A stretch of 64,000 nt of DNA from Zygnema circumcarinatum SAG 698-1b (lineage: Eukaryota > Plantae > Zygnematophyceae): positions 3,691,361-3,755,360 of the forward strand of contig CM074805.1 in NCBI GenBank assembly GCA_037447605.1. The letters are read 5' to 3'. The stretch's first letter is position 1. Every line of letters starts with the position of its first letter. The notes beneath the pieces were generated by a model. That model saw only the letters and a program-made list of their open reading frames with translations. It ran no database searches and was not told the DNA's origin. Both the position numbers and the translations under genes were made by a program. Shown one piece after another: positions 37,351-49,595 of the stretch.

Positions 37351-38999
37351 TGGAAGGGCGAGACAATATTTATTTAGAAATTAAAGGAGTCACATGGACT
37401 CCGACTCATGACCCAGCAGTAAGACTGGCGAAGGAGCCACCCCCCTTTCACGGCAGGGGACTTGGGTTCCCGATATCTGTCATTTTTGTTTAGTAACTCC
37501 GAGGTTGTGCGAATTGTACATCGTCCGCTCCCCCCCCCCCCCACTTTCTTGCTCCTGAGCGAATGCCTCAAGCATGCGTGTTTTTGGTACCCGTTACAGC
37601 GAGTGAAGGTCAGTTATGACGATGCGTAAGCGAGCTTGTCTGGAAGAAAAACGTAATATTTGAGGCACAAATCTGGTGGTGCTGGAAATAAATTGCAGCA
37701 CTTGGTCAAAGTTGACCGCAGAGGCGCCAAGGTCTTGTCCTCTCGTCTGCCCCCCTCTTTCCCCAGCTCCCCTTTCTCCCGTTACACTGTCTCCCTCTCT
37801 CGTTTGCCATTTTCCGCTCTATCAATTATCTTCTTTCTCTCCACTCCTTCCCTGAGCTCTCTCGTCTCCCTTCCTTCTCACCCTCCCATTCTCCGCTCTC
37901 TCCTTTCAATCCACCACCTCTTTCGACCCCCCCCCACCCCCCAATGCCCCTCCGTCTTCCGAGCACGTCCATAGCTCTGCCTTAGAGCGAGAGCGACATT
38001 CCCACTCTCTGTTTCCTCCCCGTTTCTCTCACCCTTGTCGCCGCACTAGTGAGCCTCCCGCCCCCCTCTCTACTCAAATTACAGTATTTTCTGCCTCCTC
38101 TCTGTGTCCCTACATCGACCGTCCAATCGCCACTCGCTTTGAAAGACAAAAACGGATGACACACTCCATACTGGCAGCCGCCTTTCAGAGCCTTTCGGAT
38201 ACTTTTCATCTTCTGCTTGTCAAAAGGTGTTGCGGCGCCAAGAGCAGTCACGCAGAGTCACTGAATTGTGGGCTGTCTTGCATGAGGGCTCCCTCCGTCG
38301 CTGTAATAACTCAGTTTTGGATGGGTACTGCGGTGTATGCAGGGACCCGCCGAAAAGCGGCCAGCTACATGCACGGTTAGAGGCAAAGCTCGAGTATGAA
38401 TGTGACAAAGCTTGCAGTCTGACAACTTGTCACTTTCATCATGGGCGTGGGACGGGTCTCAAGAAAAGCAGAATTAGAAGTGAGCGAGATACTGGACAAG
38501 CGTGCATGCATGGAAGGCTTCTTGTGGGATTTTCCAAATGCTTGAGATGGTGTGTGGCCAAGAAACTGTTGGCACCTTGTTGAGCGGTCATGCTCCACTT
38601 CAAACTATCCTAACACGTATGATTTTTAGAGTCGAAATGGGAGCAAAGACCAATAGTCGTAACCTAACAGAACCACTCTTATCCATGCTCTCCAATATCC
38701 CACCCCGTGAAGATTAGACTGCAATCCAACATAATTCGTACGCTCTCAGATGCAACCTTCTGGAGGCCCGACGCAGGTGGGGTAAGTGGCCGTGCTTTCA
38801 GACCCTACCCAATATCCAAATTCTGAAACACTCGAAAAAACAGTGGCTGGACATCTCAATGGCAGGAGCGCCGCCTCACAACCACCTCCCTTGATTAAGC
38901 AGGTTGATATACAGTAAAGAATAGTGCTGCATGGCCCTCTCTGCAGTTACAAATTGTGCCAGACGTTGACTACATGCGTTGATGTAACCATCACAAGTC

Positions 39000-40151
39000 T
39001 CAAGCGGTTGAAACGGACTGGACTTGCTCTAATGTCTCCTGAGCCGCCTTGAAATCTGGCATGCTCCGCAGTTTTTCATCAGCACTGTCCTGCAATCAGA
39101 TTTACGGAGGACCAGAGATCTTCAAAAATTCAAAACCTTTATTTGCAGAAAGAAGCAAATGAGACAAAAGTAAGGTGACTGAACCCCATTGACTATTTCA
39201 AGAGTGCTTCCAGCACTCTTTTTCACTTTCAGCCTGTCCTACGATTCTTCCTCAAGGAAACTTGAGTGGGATGGCACAAGACGAAATTGCACCAACGGGT
39301 TTGAAGAAAATAAAGAAGTCATATGTTTAAGTCTTCTGTTAATACCAGCAATTCATATATACCAGACCCCTGACGGTCAGCACTCAAAAGAGTTAATCAA
39401 AGTACACTGTGACCAACTACTTGCGATAAGCACGTTGAATTCAAATATGGACAAAGAAGCATATGTAAGCGAGCAAGCATATGTACACATGCTTCGCTTT
39501 CTACTCACCACCACCGACTGCAGGTCCATCGCAGCTGCCTCAAGCCGTTTTCTGCTGTCGGGGACCATCATGCGAGACTCCCCCAGCACATTCTCCTACA
39601 CACGTCGAAAGTTACTTTCAGCAGAGCACTGACCCTTGGGTGAAGTTTGCCATTAATCCATGCGGCTCTCAGCCAAATATTTCTCCTTGATGACTCCCAT
39701 CTCTACATCATTCCGCCTCGCTCTCCTTCTCACACCTCCTCACATTCCCTTCTCTTTCCTCCTATCTCCTCCCCCTCTCTACCTCCGCCCTCCACCATCG
39801 CTTCTGTTCTTTATCCCTTCCCTTCTTTCCCACCTTCTCGCCAGCCTCTCCTGCGCTCTCGCTCTCCTCCCCCACTCCTTTTCCTCTCCCCTCTCCATGT
39901 CCTTGTTGCTCCCCCTCCCCCCTCTCCCTCTGCTGGTCGCAATGCATGCTTGACAGATAGTCCATTCTGAAGAGCTACAAGGGGGCGGCCACGCCCACCT
40001 GCTGTTTCAGGTCATGCGGATCCGCATTCTGCGCGATCATCCGCTCCGTTTTCTTCTGCTCTCTCTCCACCTCCTCCCTGTACATGTGCAGCTCCTTCAG
40101 CAGCCGCCTGCAGCTGCCCGTCTTCACCTTCAGCGCCTTCAGCGGGTCCAT
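39000..40151 (-). CDS. TBCA: Tubulin-folding cofactor A (KIESEL-like)
   Basis: Three exons: MDPLKALKVKTGSCRRLLKELHMYREEVEREQKKTERMIAQNADPHDLKQQ | ENVLGESRMMVPDSRKRLEAAAMDLQSVV | DSADEKLRSMPDFKAAQETLEQVQSVSTA*. Confidence 0.93.
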
Positions 40152-40548
40152 GGCGGCCGCCCAACCTCGCCCTCCCCCGCCCTCGCCTCAATGAGGGGCG
40201 ACACGTCACCTGCCACGTGGCGGCAGCTATGTCCACATGGCAGCCCCACGCTGCGAGGACACACGCTTGCTCGCGTGTACCGTGAAATGTACGGAACTGT
40301 TCGCTGTGGACAGATCCGTGTGACAGTTACAACTGAGCGTGTTTCACGGAACTGTGGAATATTTTTTCATGGATCGCAGACTTAGATAAGGCCACGTGCG
40401 TCGAGGCATGGGCCACTGCCACGTAGTCAGCCAACAGAGTGCCACGTGGCACTCATGCCTGCCACGTCGGCTGCTTCCCTCCCTCCCAGAAGCTGACAGC
40501 CGCACCGCTCCTTGGCTGTATCCCACGCGCCAAGGCCCTCCCGCCGCC
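40152..40548. promoter_or_regulatory. 397-bp bidirectional promoter (TBCA/AGT) with six CACGT motifs
   Basis: ACACGTCACCTGCCACGTGGC (~40201), GCCACGTGC (~40391), GCCACGTAG (~40418), GCCACGTGGC (~40441), GCCACGTCGG (~40461). Confidence 0.55.
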
Positions 40549-41877
40549 ATGGCCGCCATGGCTGCCAGGCTGCCTCTGCGTCTCTGCGCGCTCGCGCTCT
40601 CTCTCCTCTGCGCTCGCCCTGCTGCAGCTGCTGCGGAAGCTGGAAGTTGCAGCTTTCCAGAAGGAGGGGCCCTAACCGGAGCCATGGCCGCCGAGAGCTA
40701 CGAGCCTCCCGCTCTCTCTACGGCTCCTCTGTCTCCTCCCGTGAGGATCCTGATGGGCCCGGGGCCCTCCACACCGCATCCGAGAATCCTTGCAGCAGCC
40801 TCTCTCCCTATGCTGGGCCACATGCATCCTGAGTTTCTCAACATTATGGATGAGGTTAAGGGATGGCTGCAATATGCGTTTCAGACGAAAAACAGTTTTA
40901 CCCTTGCAGTAAGTGGTTCGGGACATGCAGCCATGGAGGCTGCTGTTGCGAGCATAGTAGAGAAGGGGGATGTTGTGCTGGTTGGTGTGAATGGAATATG
41001 GGGCGAGAGAATGACTGACATGGCGGCTCGGTACGGAGCGGATGTGAGGCGGCTTGAAACGCCTCCTGGAAGCGTTTTTTCGTTGGAGCAGATTGAGCGA
41101 GCTCTTGCAGAAAATCCCTCCACGAGCGTACTCTTTCTTGTGCACGGCGAGTCTTCGACTGGAACTCTTCAGCCTCTTGAAGGAGTAGGGGAGCTCTGCC
41201 AGAAACACAATGTGCTTTTGTTCGTGGATACGGTCTGTACTCTCGGTGGAGTTCCGCTGAATGTCGACCAGCAGGGATTGGATGTTGTTTATAGCGGTTC
41301 ACAGAAGTGTCTCGGAGCTCCTGTAGCACCTTCTCCGCTTTCGCTGAGTGCCAAGGCGTGGGAGAAGCTCTCAAATAGAAGTGTACCGGTACAGTCTTAC
41401 TACTTGGACATGAAGCTGGTAGGGGAGTATTGGGGAGTCAATGGAGCTCCTCGGAAGTATCATCACACCGGCATGGTGAGCAACGTATATGCTCTCCGAG
41501 AAGCTCTTGCAATGTTGGCGGCGGAGGGGTTGAAGGCCTCCTGGGCTCGCCACTTGGCTGCTGCTCAGCAGCTGTGGTCGGGGTTGGAAGAGCTTGGACT
41601 CGAGTTTTTCGTTCCTCGTCCGGAGGATAGGCTGCCTACTGTGACCACTGTGAAAGTCCCACCTGGCATCGACTGGGCTTCTGTAAATAAGTTTTTACTA
41701 TCTAAGTACAACCTGGAGATTGCAGGAGGGCTTGGCCCGACAATGGGGAAGGTTTGGCGCATTGGAGTGATGGGCTATAATGCGAAGCCAGGGACTGTGG
41801 CCCTTCTGCTACATGCGCTGAGGGCTGGCCTCGCTGACGCGGGATATTCTTTCCCCTCAAGCGCAACAACGTCGTAG
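40549..41877 (+). CDS. AGXT: Alanine-glyoxylate/serine-pyruvate aminotransferase (class V PLP), intronless, animal/bacterial AGXT type
   Basis: Single ORF: LMGPGPS, LGHMHPEFLNIMDEVK..LQYAFQTKN..TLAVSGSGHAAME, NGIWGER, VHGESSTG, VDTVCTLGG, SGSQKCLG (PLP Lys), YHHT, RLPTVTTV, EIAGGLGPT.GKVWRIGVMGYN. Confidence 0.93.
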   Translation: MAAMAARLPLRLCALALSLLCARPAAAAAEAGSCSFPEGGALTGAMAAESYEPPALSTAPLSPPVRILMGPGPSTPHPRILAAASLPMLGHMHPEFLNIMDEVKGWLQYAFQTKNSFTLAVSGSGHAAMEAAVASIVEKGDVVLVGVNGIWGERMTDMAARYGADVRRLETPPGSVFSLEQIERALAENPSTSVLFLVHGESSTGTLQPLEGVGELCQKHNVLLFVDTVCTLGGVPLNVDQQGLDVVYSGSQKCLGAPVAPSPLSLSAKAWEKLSNRSVPVQSYYLDMKLVGEYWGVNGAPRKYHHTGMVSNVYALREALAMLAAEGLKASWARHLAAAQQLWSGLEELGLEFFVPRPEDRLPTVTTVKVPPGIDWASVNKFLLSKYNLEIAGGLGPTMGKVWRIGVMGYNAKPGTVALLLHALRAGLADAGYSFPSSATTS

Positions 41878-43125
41878 CTGACCACACGCAAATTTGAAGC
41901 CGGATCTGAAAATGGACACATTCGCGCAGACACATTTTTCTGTTTCATTCCGCGAACTAGTCCACCTCTTGAAGGAGCTAGTGAACTAGTCCCCTTCTGG
42001 AAGCAGTTAGAGGAGTAGATATCAGAATGTCCGGAGGCTGCCGTTTCACAGGACTTAGGTGAGTAGCATATCAGATTTACTTGAAAACCCTAATTTTGTG
42101 AGGATTGGGAAATACAGAAGTGTTGGCAGGAGGTTTTCAATCGCAAAATATTGAGGCACGGGAACTGGAGACCCAAACGCGGTGAGGTGCTCTGCTGCAT
42201 TTCCTACTTCTGGATTGGGCAGTAACATGTATAACTCTGCCAAGCCTGAGCCAATGAGTTGACAACAGTAGTTTGTAATTTTCTCAATTTCATAATCCCA
42301 AGATCTCGCCTCATTCTGCAGCAAAAAGGGCACAAATGACTAACGCAACAGTTGAAGGGAAAGTTTGTTTGCATGCGCTACATAGATGGGAAGTTCTGGA
42401 CGAGTTTTGGAACTCGCAGACGCATTGGTGGGAGAGGCAAGTTGGCCTTGACACTTGTATATTGAAGCGCTTGCAAATGAACGCTTTGCTGGCACAAAGC
42501 TGTCGCCATTGGGCCAGACTTCAACGGCGTGTTTGCTGGCACGCACAACAAAAGAGGCTGGTCCATAAAACACTACTTCTACTTCAAGGATTGCGTTTCA
42601 ACAACTGCCGAACTTCTCAATAATGTCGTCATCACGCATGCGTTGACGCCACCAAACGTGTTTAAGTCGGGCGCCAGGTCGACCTTCGAGGTCAAAGTGT
42701 TAGAAAGGATCCCACACAGCTGAAAGCAGACAAGCGAAAACCTCTTAGGGCACCCTGGGGCTGTCTGCGCCTCGTTTCTTTGCAGGTCCCTCCACTTGAA
42801 CTGCTCTCTTTAGGCCGAAGGCACCCACTGATGCATTTTCTTGCCATCAAGTCAGAAAAATAAGTTCACCCATATCGACAGCGCCAGGCGCAGTTTCTTT
42901 TGGCGCTCGAATAGTTATGATTTGCATATTGCAATTTTTCCGACCAACAACAGACCACATCAAGGTGCAGACAATTTGACCGTGCTGGCGTCTACCCACT
43001 TTTCCATTTGTCATTTGCCATGATGGTGAGCCGACCATAACGGTGACATGTAAAACCACGATCTCTAACAATAGATGGCGAAAAAGAGGAATGATTTGCC
43101 AAAAAATGCGCTTTTTAAAACTCTC

Positions 43126-46100
43126 CTAATCTTTCCTCCCACGCCTAGAAGGAGAACCTTCCTCGTACCTCTCCCTGCGCCCTTCTCTATCTTCCCCCCT
43201 CGCTCTTGTTTGTGAACCATGCCTTGCAACATCTCCATAGTCATCACGCCGTCTCCTTGAAAGGTCATCTCGTTCATGCCCTCTCCTTCGCTCGCGTTCG
43301 CCCTCATCCTCCCGCCGAAACCGCTTAGCAGGAGCCAATTCGTCCTCATCCTCTCTCGTTCTCCTATCTCGCCCATTCCTGCTGTCATCATGTCTCTCTC
43401 CTCTCCGAACATCTCTTCCACTTCCCTCCCGCGCGTAAGATTCCCTCTCGTACTCGCCTCCCTCTCTCCCTCTCCTATACTCCCCTCTGTATTCCCTCGA
43501 TCCTCGACGTTCATCATAGACGGCGTCATCTCGTTCACCCTCCCGATGTCTTTCTCTACTTCTCACGCGTTCCTGCTCCCTATTCTCCCGGTCCTCCCTC
43601 TCTACCTTTCTATATTCTCTCTCCGGAGGCCTCTCCCACCGTCCTTGCTTGTGCGCAGTAGCTCTCCCGTGCTCCTCCCTTCTGTCCTGTTTTGCCCTTC
43701 TCACTTTGGATCCATCTGGTTCGTCCTCTTCAGCATCCTCCTCAAACACTAAGCCATAGCTGCACCGTCCATACATTGCCCCAACATTAGCAGCCGCACA
43801 TGAGCCAGTCAAAACCCTTCAGCTCTGCAGAATCCCCTTTCCTTCACTTTAGCAGGAAGACAAGTCGTGGCACTGCAAAGCACTCCTTTTCAGCTCACTG
43901 TCAAATTTGATTGCTTCTTCAGCCTCATCACTGCACTCCTTTCAACTCACCTTTTGTCCAGACCTCCAACTTGGCCTCCGGTGTCTTTCAACTCGAACTT
44001 AGGCCTTGAAGCTTCCTCTCCCTCCTCTTTCTCACGCCCTTTCTCCTGCTTCTCGTTAGGGCAATCACGCGCAAAGTGCCCAAATTCTTGACAGTTGAAG
44101 CACCCCTGAGCTTTACCCTTTGGACCATAGTCCTCCCCACCTGGAACGCAGGTAAATGGGTTAGAAAGCTGCAGCAAACGCGAATCACACCTCCCAACAA
44201 AGCTAATTCTCTAATAAGCCTCGCTCTCAAATGCAAAATCTCTGGCTACCAATCTCCTACATGCTGCAACCAGACTGAAAATATCTATTTTTCACAAATC
44301 AAAATACATCATCCGACAGGCACTGAAGAAAGTACAGATTCTGCACAGGCTTATTGCTTATTCCCGAGCGATATCAGTCAGAAGTCCGCTGCTTGTGGTT
44401 TTCACCTTGGGCAGCCGAGTCTTTGGAGCCAAAGCGGCGGAACCTGTTCCAAAGCCGCCCCACAGACTGACTGAAGTCGACGTGAATTCTCCGATCGTCG
44501 ATCAAAACATTGTCCATCTGCCCTCCCTTTCAGCCACTCCTGTTAGTGCAATCTGCAGCCATTCAATGTTCAATGTTCTACTGGTGTCGGACAGGCATGC
44601 CTCTCCAGGTTTTCACCCACACGGTTTTTAGCAAGTCACAACAAAAAAGATATTCCAGACTTCACCTTAAAGTATGCAGCTTCACAAGACTCCTTGTTTT
44701 CAAACTCTGCATCCTCCATCGCCCATCACTTCCACACCTGTCAGCAGCTCGTGCCCCTCAAAGCCTCTTCATTATCCGCCATATGCACAGCGCTTATTTA
44801 CTGGCCTCTTGCAGCCTCTGTGATGGGCGGAGAGAGGCTCACCCACAAAAGCATAACAGAGACTATCGCCTGTCTTGATGTCCCGAATGACGTCAGCCCT
44901 GCACACTAAAAAACCACCATCTCTTCAATAACATCAAACGCTTCGAAAAGCACATCAGGCAAGGAGACTTCAGGGCTGAAATGAAAGGCATGTGATGGGG
45001 ACAAGGACAAGTGAAGGAATGATGATAAAGAGGGAGAGGAGTGCGAAAACATGTATGTGGAAGGAAGAACTCACGAAACAATTTTGCCAAACCGAGAAAA
45101 TATGATTTCAAGATCTTCATCCTGCCCATCTCCGCCCCACAAACCACTCAGTCAACATTTCTCAATGCTCCAAAATATCCAGCTACTATAGAAATTTCTT
45201 GAACAACCCTTAACTCACAAGCTCCTGTGCATTGAAGAAGCTTCTTCGACTGACCTGAGTTACAGGATTGAGTCGGCAGATGAAGAGAACATTCTCTGGA
45301 GGCTTCACTTCAGCATCTGGCAAATCTCCGATCTGCACCAAACGATTCCTCAAGTTCTAGCCATGTATGGGAAGTACATACATGCATTATAAACTCTTTT
45401 CGGGAGAATCTTGCAGCTCTTTACTGAGGGAACGGCTGAAAAAGCCGAATGTCCGAGAAATCGAATAGCCAGAACTTACTCAGTCTCAAGAACACAGTGT
45501 TGACTCTAACTGCATAGACATGCTAATGCCGATAAAGAGGGTTTGCTTTCCCACCATTTCCAGCACTACAGCGCGCGACTGCGCCTCTTTTTTCCGCAGC
45601 TCCTTCTCAAGTTCTTCCGGATCTTTGCCTTCGTCCATAGGAACCCAATTGTCTTCCAGCCGTATTTCCTCGCTCTGCTCCCCTCTCCGTTACCACCAAA
45701 TAAATGCAAATTCTCACAACTACGATTAAACTAGCTAAAATAGCTCGATTACGAAACAACATTAGCACAAGCCGGTCAGTGTAAGGAAGTACTACGGTAA
45801 CAAAGTGCTACAGGAAAACGAAGCATGGGTACGCATGTGTGATAAACAATGCCTACGGGGACTTATAGGACTTGCGTGCATCATCCCTTCCATCAATAAT
45901 ATCACAGAGGCCCCTTCTGTTCCTTGGCTACAGAACCATCTCAGAAATGCAAGAAGAATCAGGATGTACCGTTCACACTGCTGCCAGCTGTTCTCCCCAC
46001 TCACCTCTGCTGGTGGTTTTAGCTCAGGCGAGTGAGGGGGGATGAGCTTTTCTAGATTTGGTGGGTCCTCAAAAGGGTCATCCAGAACATGGGTGTGCTT

Positions 46101-48659
46101 TATTCTGCACCAGCACAAGAAAAGTTGGCAATGACTGTGACTAGGTGCACCTCAGAAAAGTGGCAATCCGACGTTTACACGAAGCTAATGAGCTGGAGAA
46201 TGTGGAAACTAGATTGTTTACAAAGATTGCCAGAAGAAAGTGAGTATGGAATATCATCTTGAAGCAGTAATGCTAGCGTTTTATTCCAAGTACCGATCAC
46301 CAGCTACCAGTACGAGCTAACTTCCACTTTTGACACACCAAATGGTGATCTGATGAGCCGCACGGAGCTCCTCAGTGTTTGAAGCGAGCCATCCGCTGCA
46401 CGAACCAGACGAACCGTGATGGGATCACTGGAGTTGAACGCACGCTACCAAGTGCCCCTACCAGAGTTCCACCAAAAGGCTGCGTTCAGGCTCGGAGAGA
46501 AATCTGACCTGATGTTCTTGTACGGCCGCCCCTCCCCGTCCACATACGCCTCATTGATGCGCATCAGCGTGTCCAGGCCCTCCGCTACCTCACCAAAAAT
46601 CTGCAATTACATTCACAGTCAAAGTCACAGCCACATCCACATCCTTCACCAATCTGTGGCTTCACCGACCTCTTCCGGAGTCCTTTCCCTTGGCGGCTAG
46701 TACATAGAGAGCATTCGGTTAGCAATGGGCATCAAGACATCTGTAACTGCGCAGACGCCCTGAAGGTGTGCACATGGCAGAAGCGCGTACTGTATGTTTG
46801 CCATCCAAGGAATCAATATGCGCTCGTGTGGTAATGTAGAACTGTTCCAAGCACCCAAACGTTCGTTGAAACACGTCAGATCCTGTTCAGTTGTCTCTCT
46901 CTTTAATTGTTGCAAGAAAAATCCTGGACAAACATGCAGGTTTCAAACAAATTCCAGCATCCACTCACGGAATAGCATATGCAGCCTTAACCTGAGCTCG
47001 CTACTGTAACTGCATACAAATAGGCTCCCCCATTTGGCAGAACAAACTCCACAGTTGAATGCGCTTGAAGTGATAGGACGATGTTCTGCCTTTGTCTTCG
47101 AAGCCAGTCAACTATCAATGGATGAATAAGCTTGACGCACAAGCCCATTTGCTGCGCGTGCTTGCAGACCAAGTGTTGGGACCTTACCTGCGAAGCATTC
47201 AAGTTCTTCCCCAAGCTCGCCATAGCCAGCAGCCCGACCTTCTCGTGCCGCGCCTTCAGGTCAATCTCATCATCAAAAAATCGCGCCTGGTCACCATGAA
47301 GAAATCTGGCATTGTGACGCGCATCACATCTCGCTCAGGTGTAAGGCCACGTAAGTTTTATGCCACAGAAAATATTGTGTGGAGTTTTCGCTGCGAAATG
47401 AAATTCGATATAACAGAATATAACCCTTTTATTTCATCTTCATTCCCCAATCAACTAGATTTGGTGCAGACGATTGAGGTTGAAGTGGACGCTAAAGTGA
47501 TTCGGTGAAACATCTATTCATCGGTCATATTTAATCACCGCCCTCCGCTGGTCTATTTGAACCTCCTGTGTCAGATGACAACTGCATCTAATGACTTCTT
47601 GTCGTCCCCACTTTACTGTGAAGAAGTCAGTCAATTGTAACCTCCCCATCGACCATACGTGCAAAAATAATGATAAAAATTTAGTGGTTTTAATTGGGAA
47701 AATGCAAAAAATTCAAATTCAAATCAACGAACCCATGGGGGAGAGAAAGTGCACTGACTTGTAGATAGAATCTCCACCTTGACCGGTCCCAGTGGGGTCG
47801 CCGGTCTGCACAATGAAGTCCTTCTGCACATTGTGGAAAAGGCAGTTGTTGTAGTACTTTATCCTGCACCACACCAGCAGCACGAAGTCGGAACTTAGAT
47901 TCTTTGGAAAATCCAGGTTTTGAGGAGATATGAAACAAAATAAAACATTCGAAGTGCGCGATGCATGACAGAGAAAGCGGTCCTTCACTCACTAATAAGG
48001 GACGATGCAGACGCAAGAAATGGAACAATTATTAGATGGGAAAATAATTATTGCAGAACGGGCCGTAAAAGCAGATAATATGAAGAATTCAAGAAAGACT
48101 TCCCACGAAAGTAACAAGCGAATTAACGAATGATCCGGTTGCAGCAATTGTGCAGGTGGTGATAGCAAACAATAATGTTAAAATAAGAGAAGCTCGTCGT
48201 TCAAATTACACTTACACAGTATAGAATAGCTAATTAACTCATGCACGCATACAAACAAGTGCAGAAAAAATACAACGTTTTATTCTCGAATTAAAAAGAT
48301 CCTCCGCCATAAGAACATGCTTGGACATCCCTCCGAAGTACGCACTACCAGTCATGCATACGACCGCTTAAGAAGAGAACTAATGAATAACGGATAATGC
48401 ATGAAGATATTTAGGGCAAAAAGCCGCTAGCTATGTCACGGCCGCTTTGCGGCTCGCGCGTAGGAGCTCCGAAGCACTGCTGCTTGAAGCCTCTATGCAC
48501 GAGAGAGAGGCAAACAAGGCCCACAGTCCCAGTCCCAATCCCCGGCTCTGCCAGAGCGTACTTGCAGAGCTTGAGGAAGTTTTTGCACGTGAGGGGGCAC
48601 TTTTCCGGGAAGAGGTCCACGACCAGCTCGCCGAGGCTGGTCTCCAGCAGCACGGCCAT
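43126..48659 (-). CDS. CYP59: Cyclophilin-RRM-zinc knuckle-RD/RE-tail protein (CYP59/PPIL4)
   Basis: [33 protein letters not shown]|[44 protein letters not shown] ([17 protein letters not shown]|[12 protein letters not shown]; [19 protein letters not shown]), [17 protein letters not shown]-rich tail. Confidence 0.95.
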
Positions 48660-48806
48660 GGCGCCGCGCAGACTGCGACTGAGGCCCGCCGGGAGAGGAA
48701 GAGGGACAAGGCATAAGAATACTTGTACTTTTTGTTGGGAGCATTACAATTTTGTTTTTTATTTATTTATAATTAATAATTTGGTTCTCGAAACCACAGC
48801 AAGTGA

Positions 48807-48877
48807 GTGCCAGTGGTCTAGTGGTAGAATAGCACCCTGCCACGGTGCAGACCCGGGTTCGATTCCCGGCTGGCACA
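48807..48877 (+). tRNA. trnG-GCC: tRNA-Gly (GCC)
   Basis: GTGCCAG/CTGGCAC acceptor stem, A-box TGGTCTAGTGG, anticodon loop CTGCCAC, T-loop GGTTCGATTCC, followed by a TTTT terminator. Confidence 0.97.
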
Positions 48878-49268
48878 GTGTTTTGTTTTCGTGTCGCACA
48901 TGGGCCAGCGTTTTGTTTTCGCGTCGCAGACGCAAGTGCGGGTGATGTAGCAATGAGTCCCAAACGGGCATTCGTCAAATTCGTGATTTTTCGAGAAAGT
49001 TCCGTAAATACCGAAAATAAAACTTAGAAAAGAAACTTCGTTTTTTTTTTCCTGAAAATAGAGCCGCCCGTTCAACATGGAGGACAAAAACACCCTGCAT
49101 GAGGCGTGCCAATTTTGCAGATGAAACGAAATGATGCCTGCCTGCCTGCCCGCCCGCCCGTCGTTGGCCCGCCTGCTTGCCTGCCAGCTTTTGCTTCTCT
49201 GGCTGCAGTTTTCAAGCCTGAGATGCTGGCAGTGACGAAGGACAAGAGAGTGCTCAAGTTCCAACCAT

Positions 49269-49456
49269 GCGACCTTTGCGGCTACTTCGAGGGAGGGCTT
49301 CAAGCGTTGTGGAGCCGAGGCGTAGCTTTCCGCTCCTCGCTCTTTTCTTTTGTGCTTAGGTCCTTTGCGACCAGTTCCTCGTGGTTCCCCATGCTGTTTA
49401 TGTTCATGTACATGTGATGACATCATCGCCATCGTGAGCTCAATGCCACTTCCTCT
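49269..49456. repeat. Third copy of the 32683-33067 repeat family
   Basis: Reverse complement of 32884-33067, including CTTTGCGACCAGTTCCTCGTGGTTCC and CATCGCCATCGTGAGCTCAATGCCACTTCC. Confidence 0.85.
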
Positions 49457-49595
49457 CTCCAAGCAGGCCACGAAGACAAGTTTGGTCTCAAGGTCACTGA
49501 CAGAAACAGAAACATAAAGCAGAAACAGTTTATTTTTTTAAACAGCGATTTCGGATTTTTTTTTTTGGAAAGCCAAAATCCTTAATTTCTTATGC

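Noticed and set aside
37660-38900. Short ORFs between HIPL1 and TBCA (also 41900-43100 and 12850-14150)
   Set aside because: I could not assemble supported gene models; a small gene cannot be excluded.
43276-43752. 158-aa hydrophobic plus-strand ORF
   Set aside because: Antisense shadow of the CYP59 RE/RD-rich exon.
48878-49000. Possible dicistronic tRNA-Gly-snoRNA, as known in land plants
   Set aside because: A TTTT terminator follows the tRNA immediately and no proper C (RTGATGA)/D (CTGA) box pair is present.
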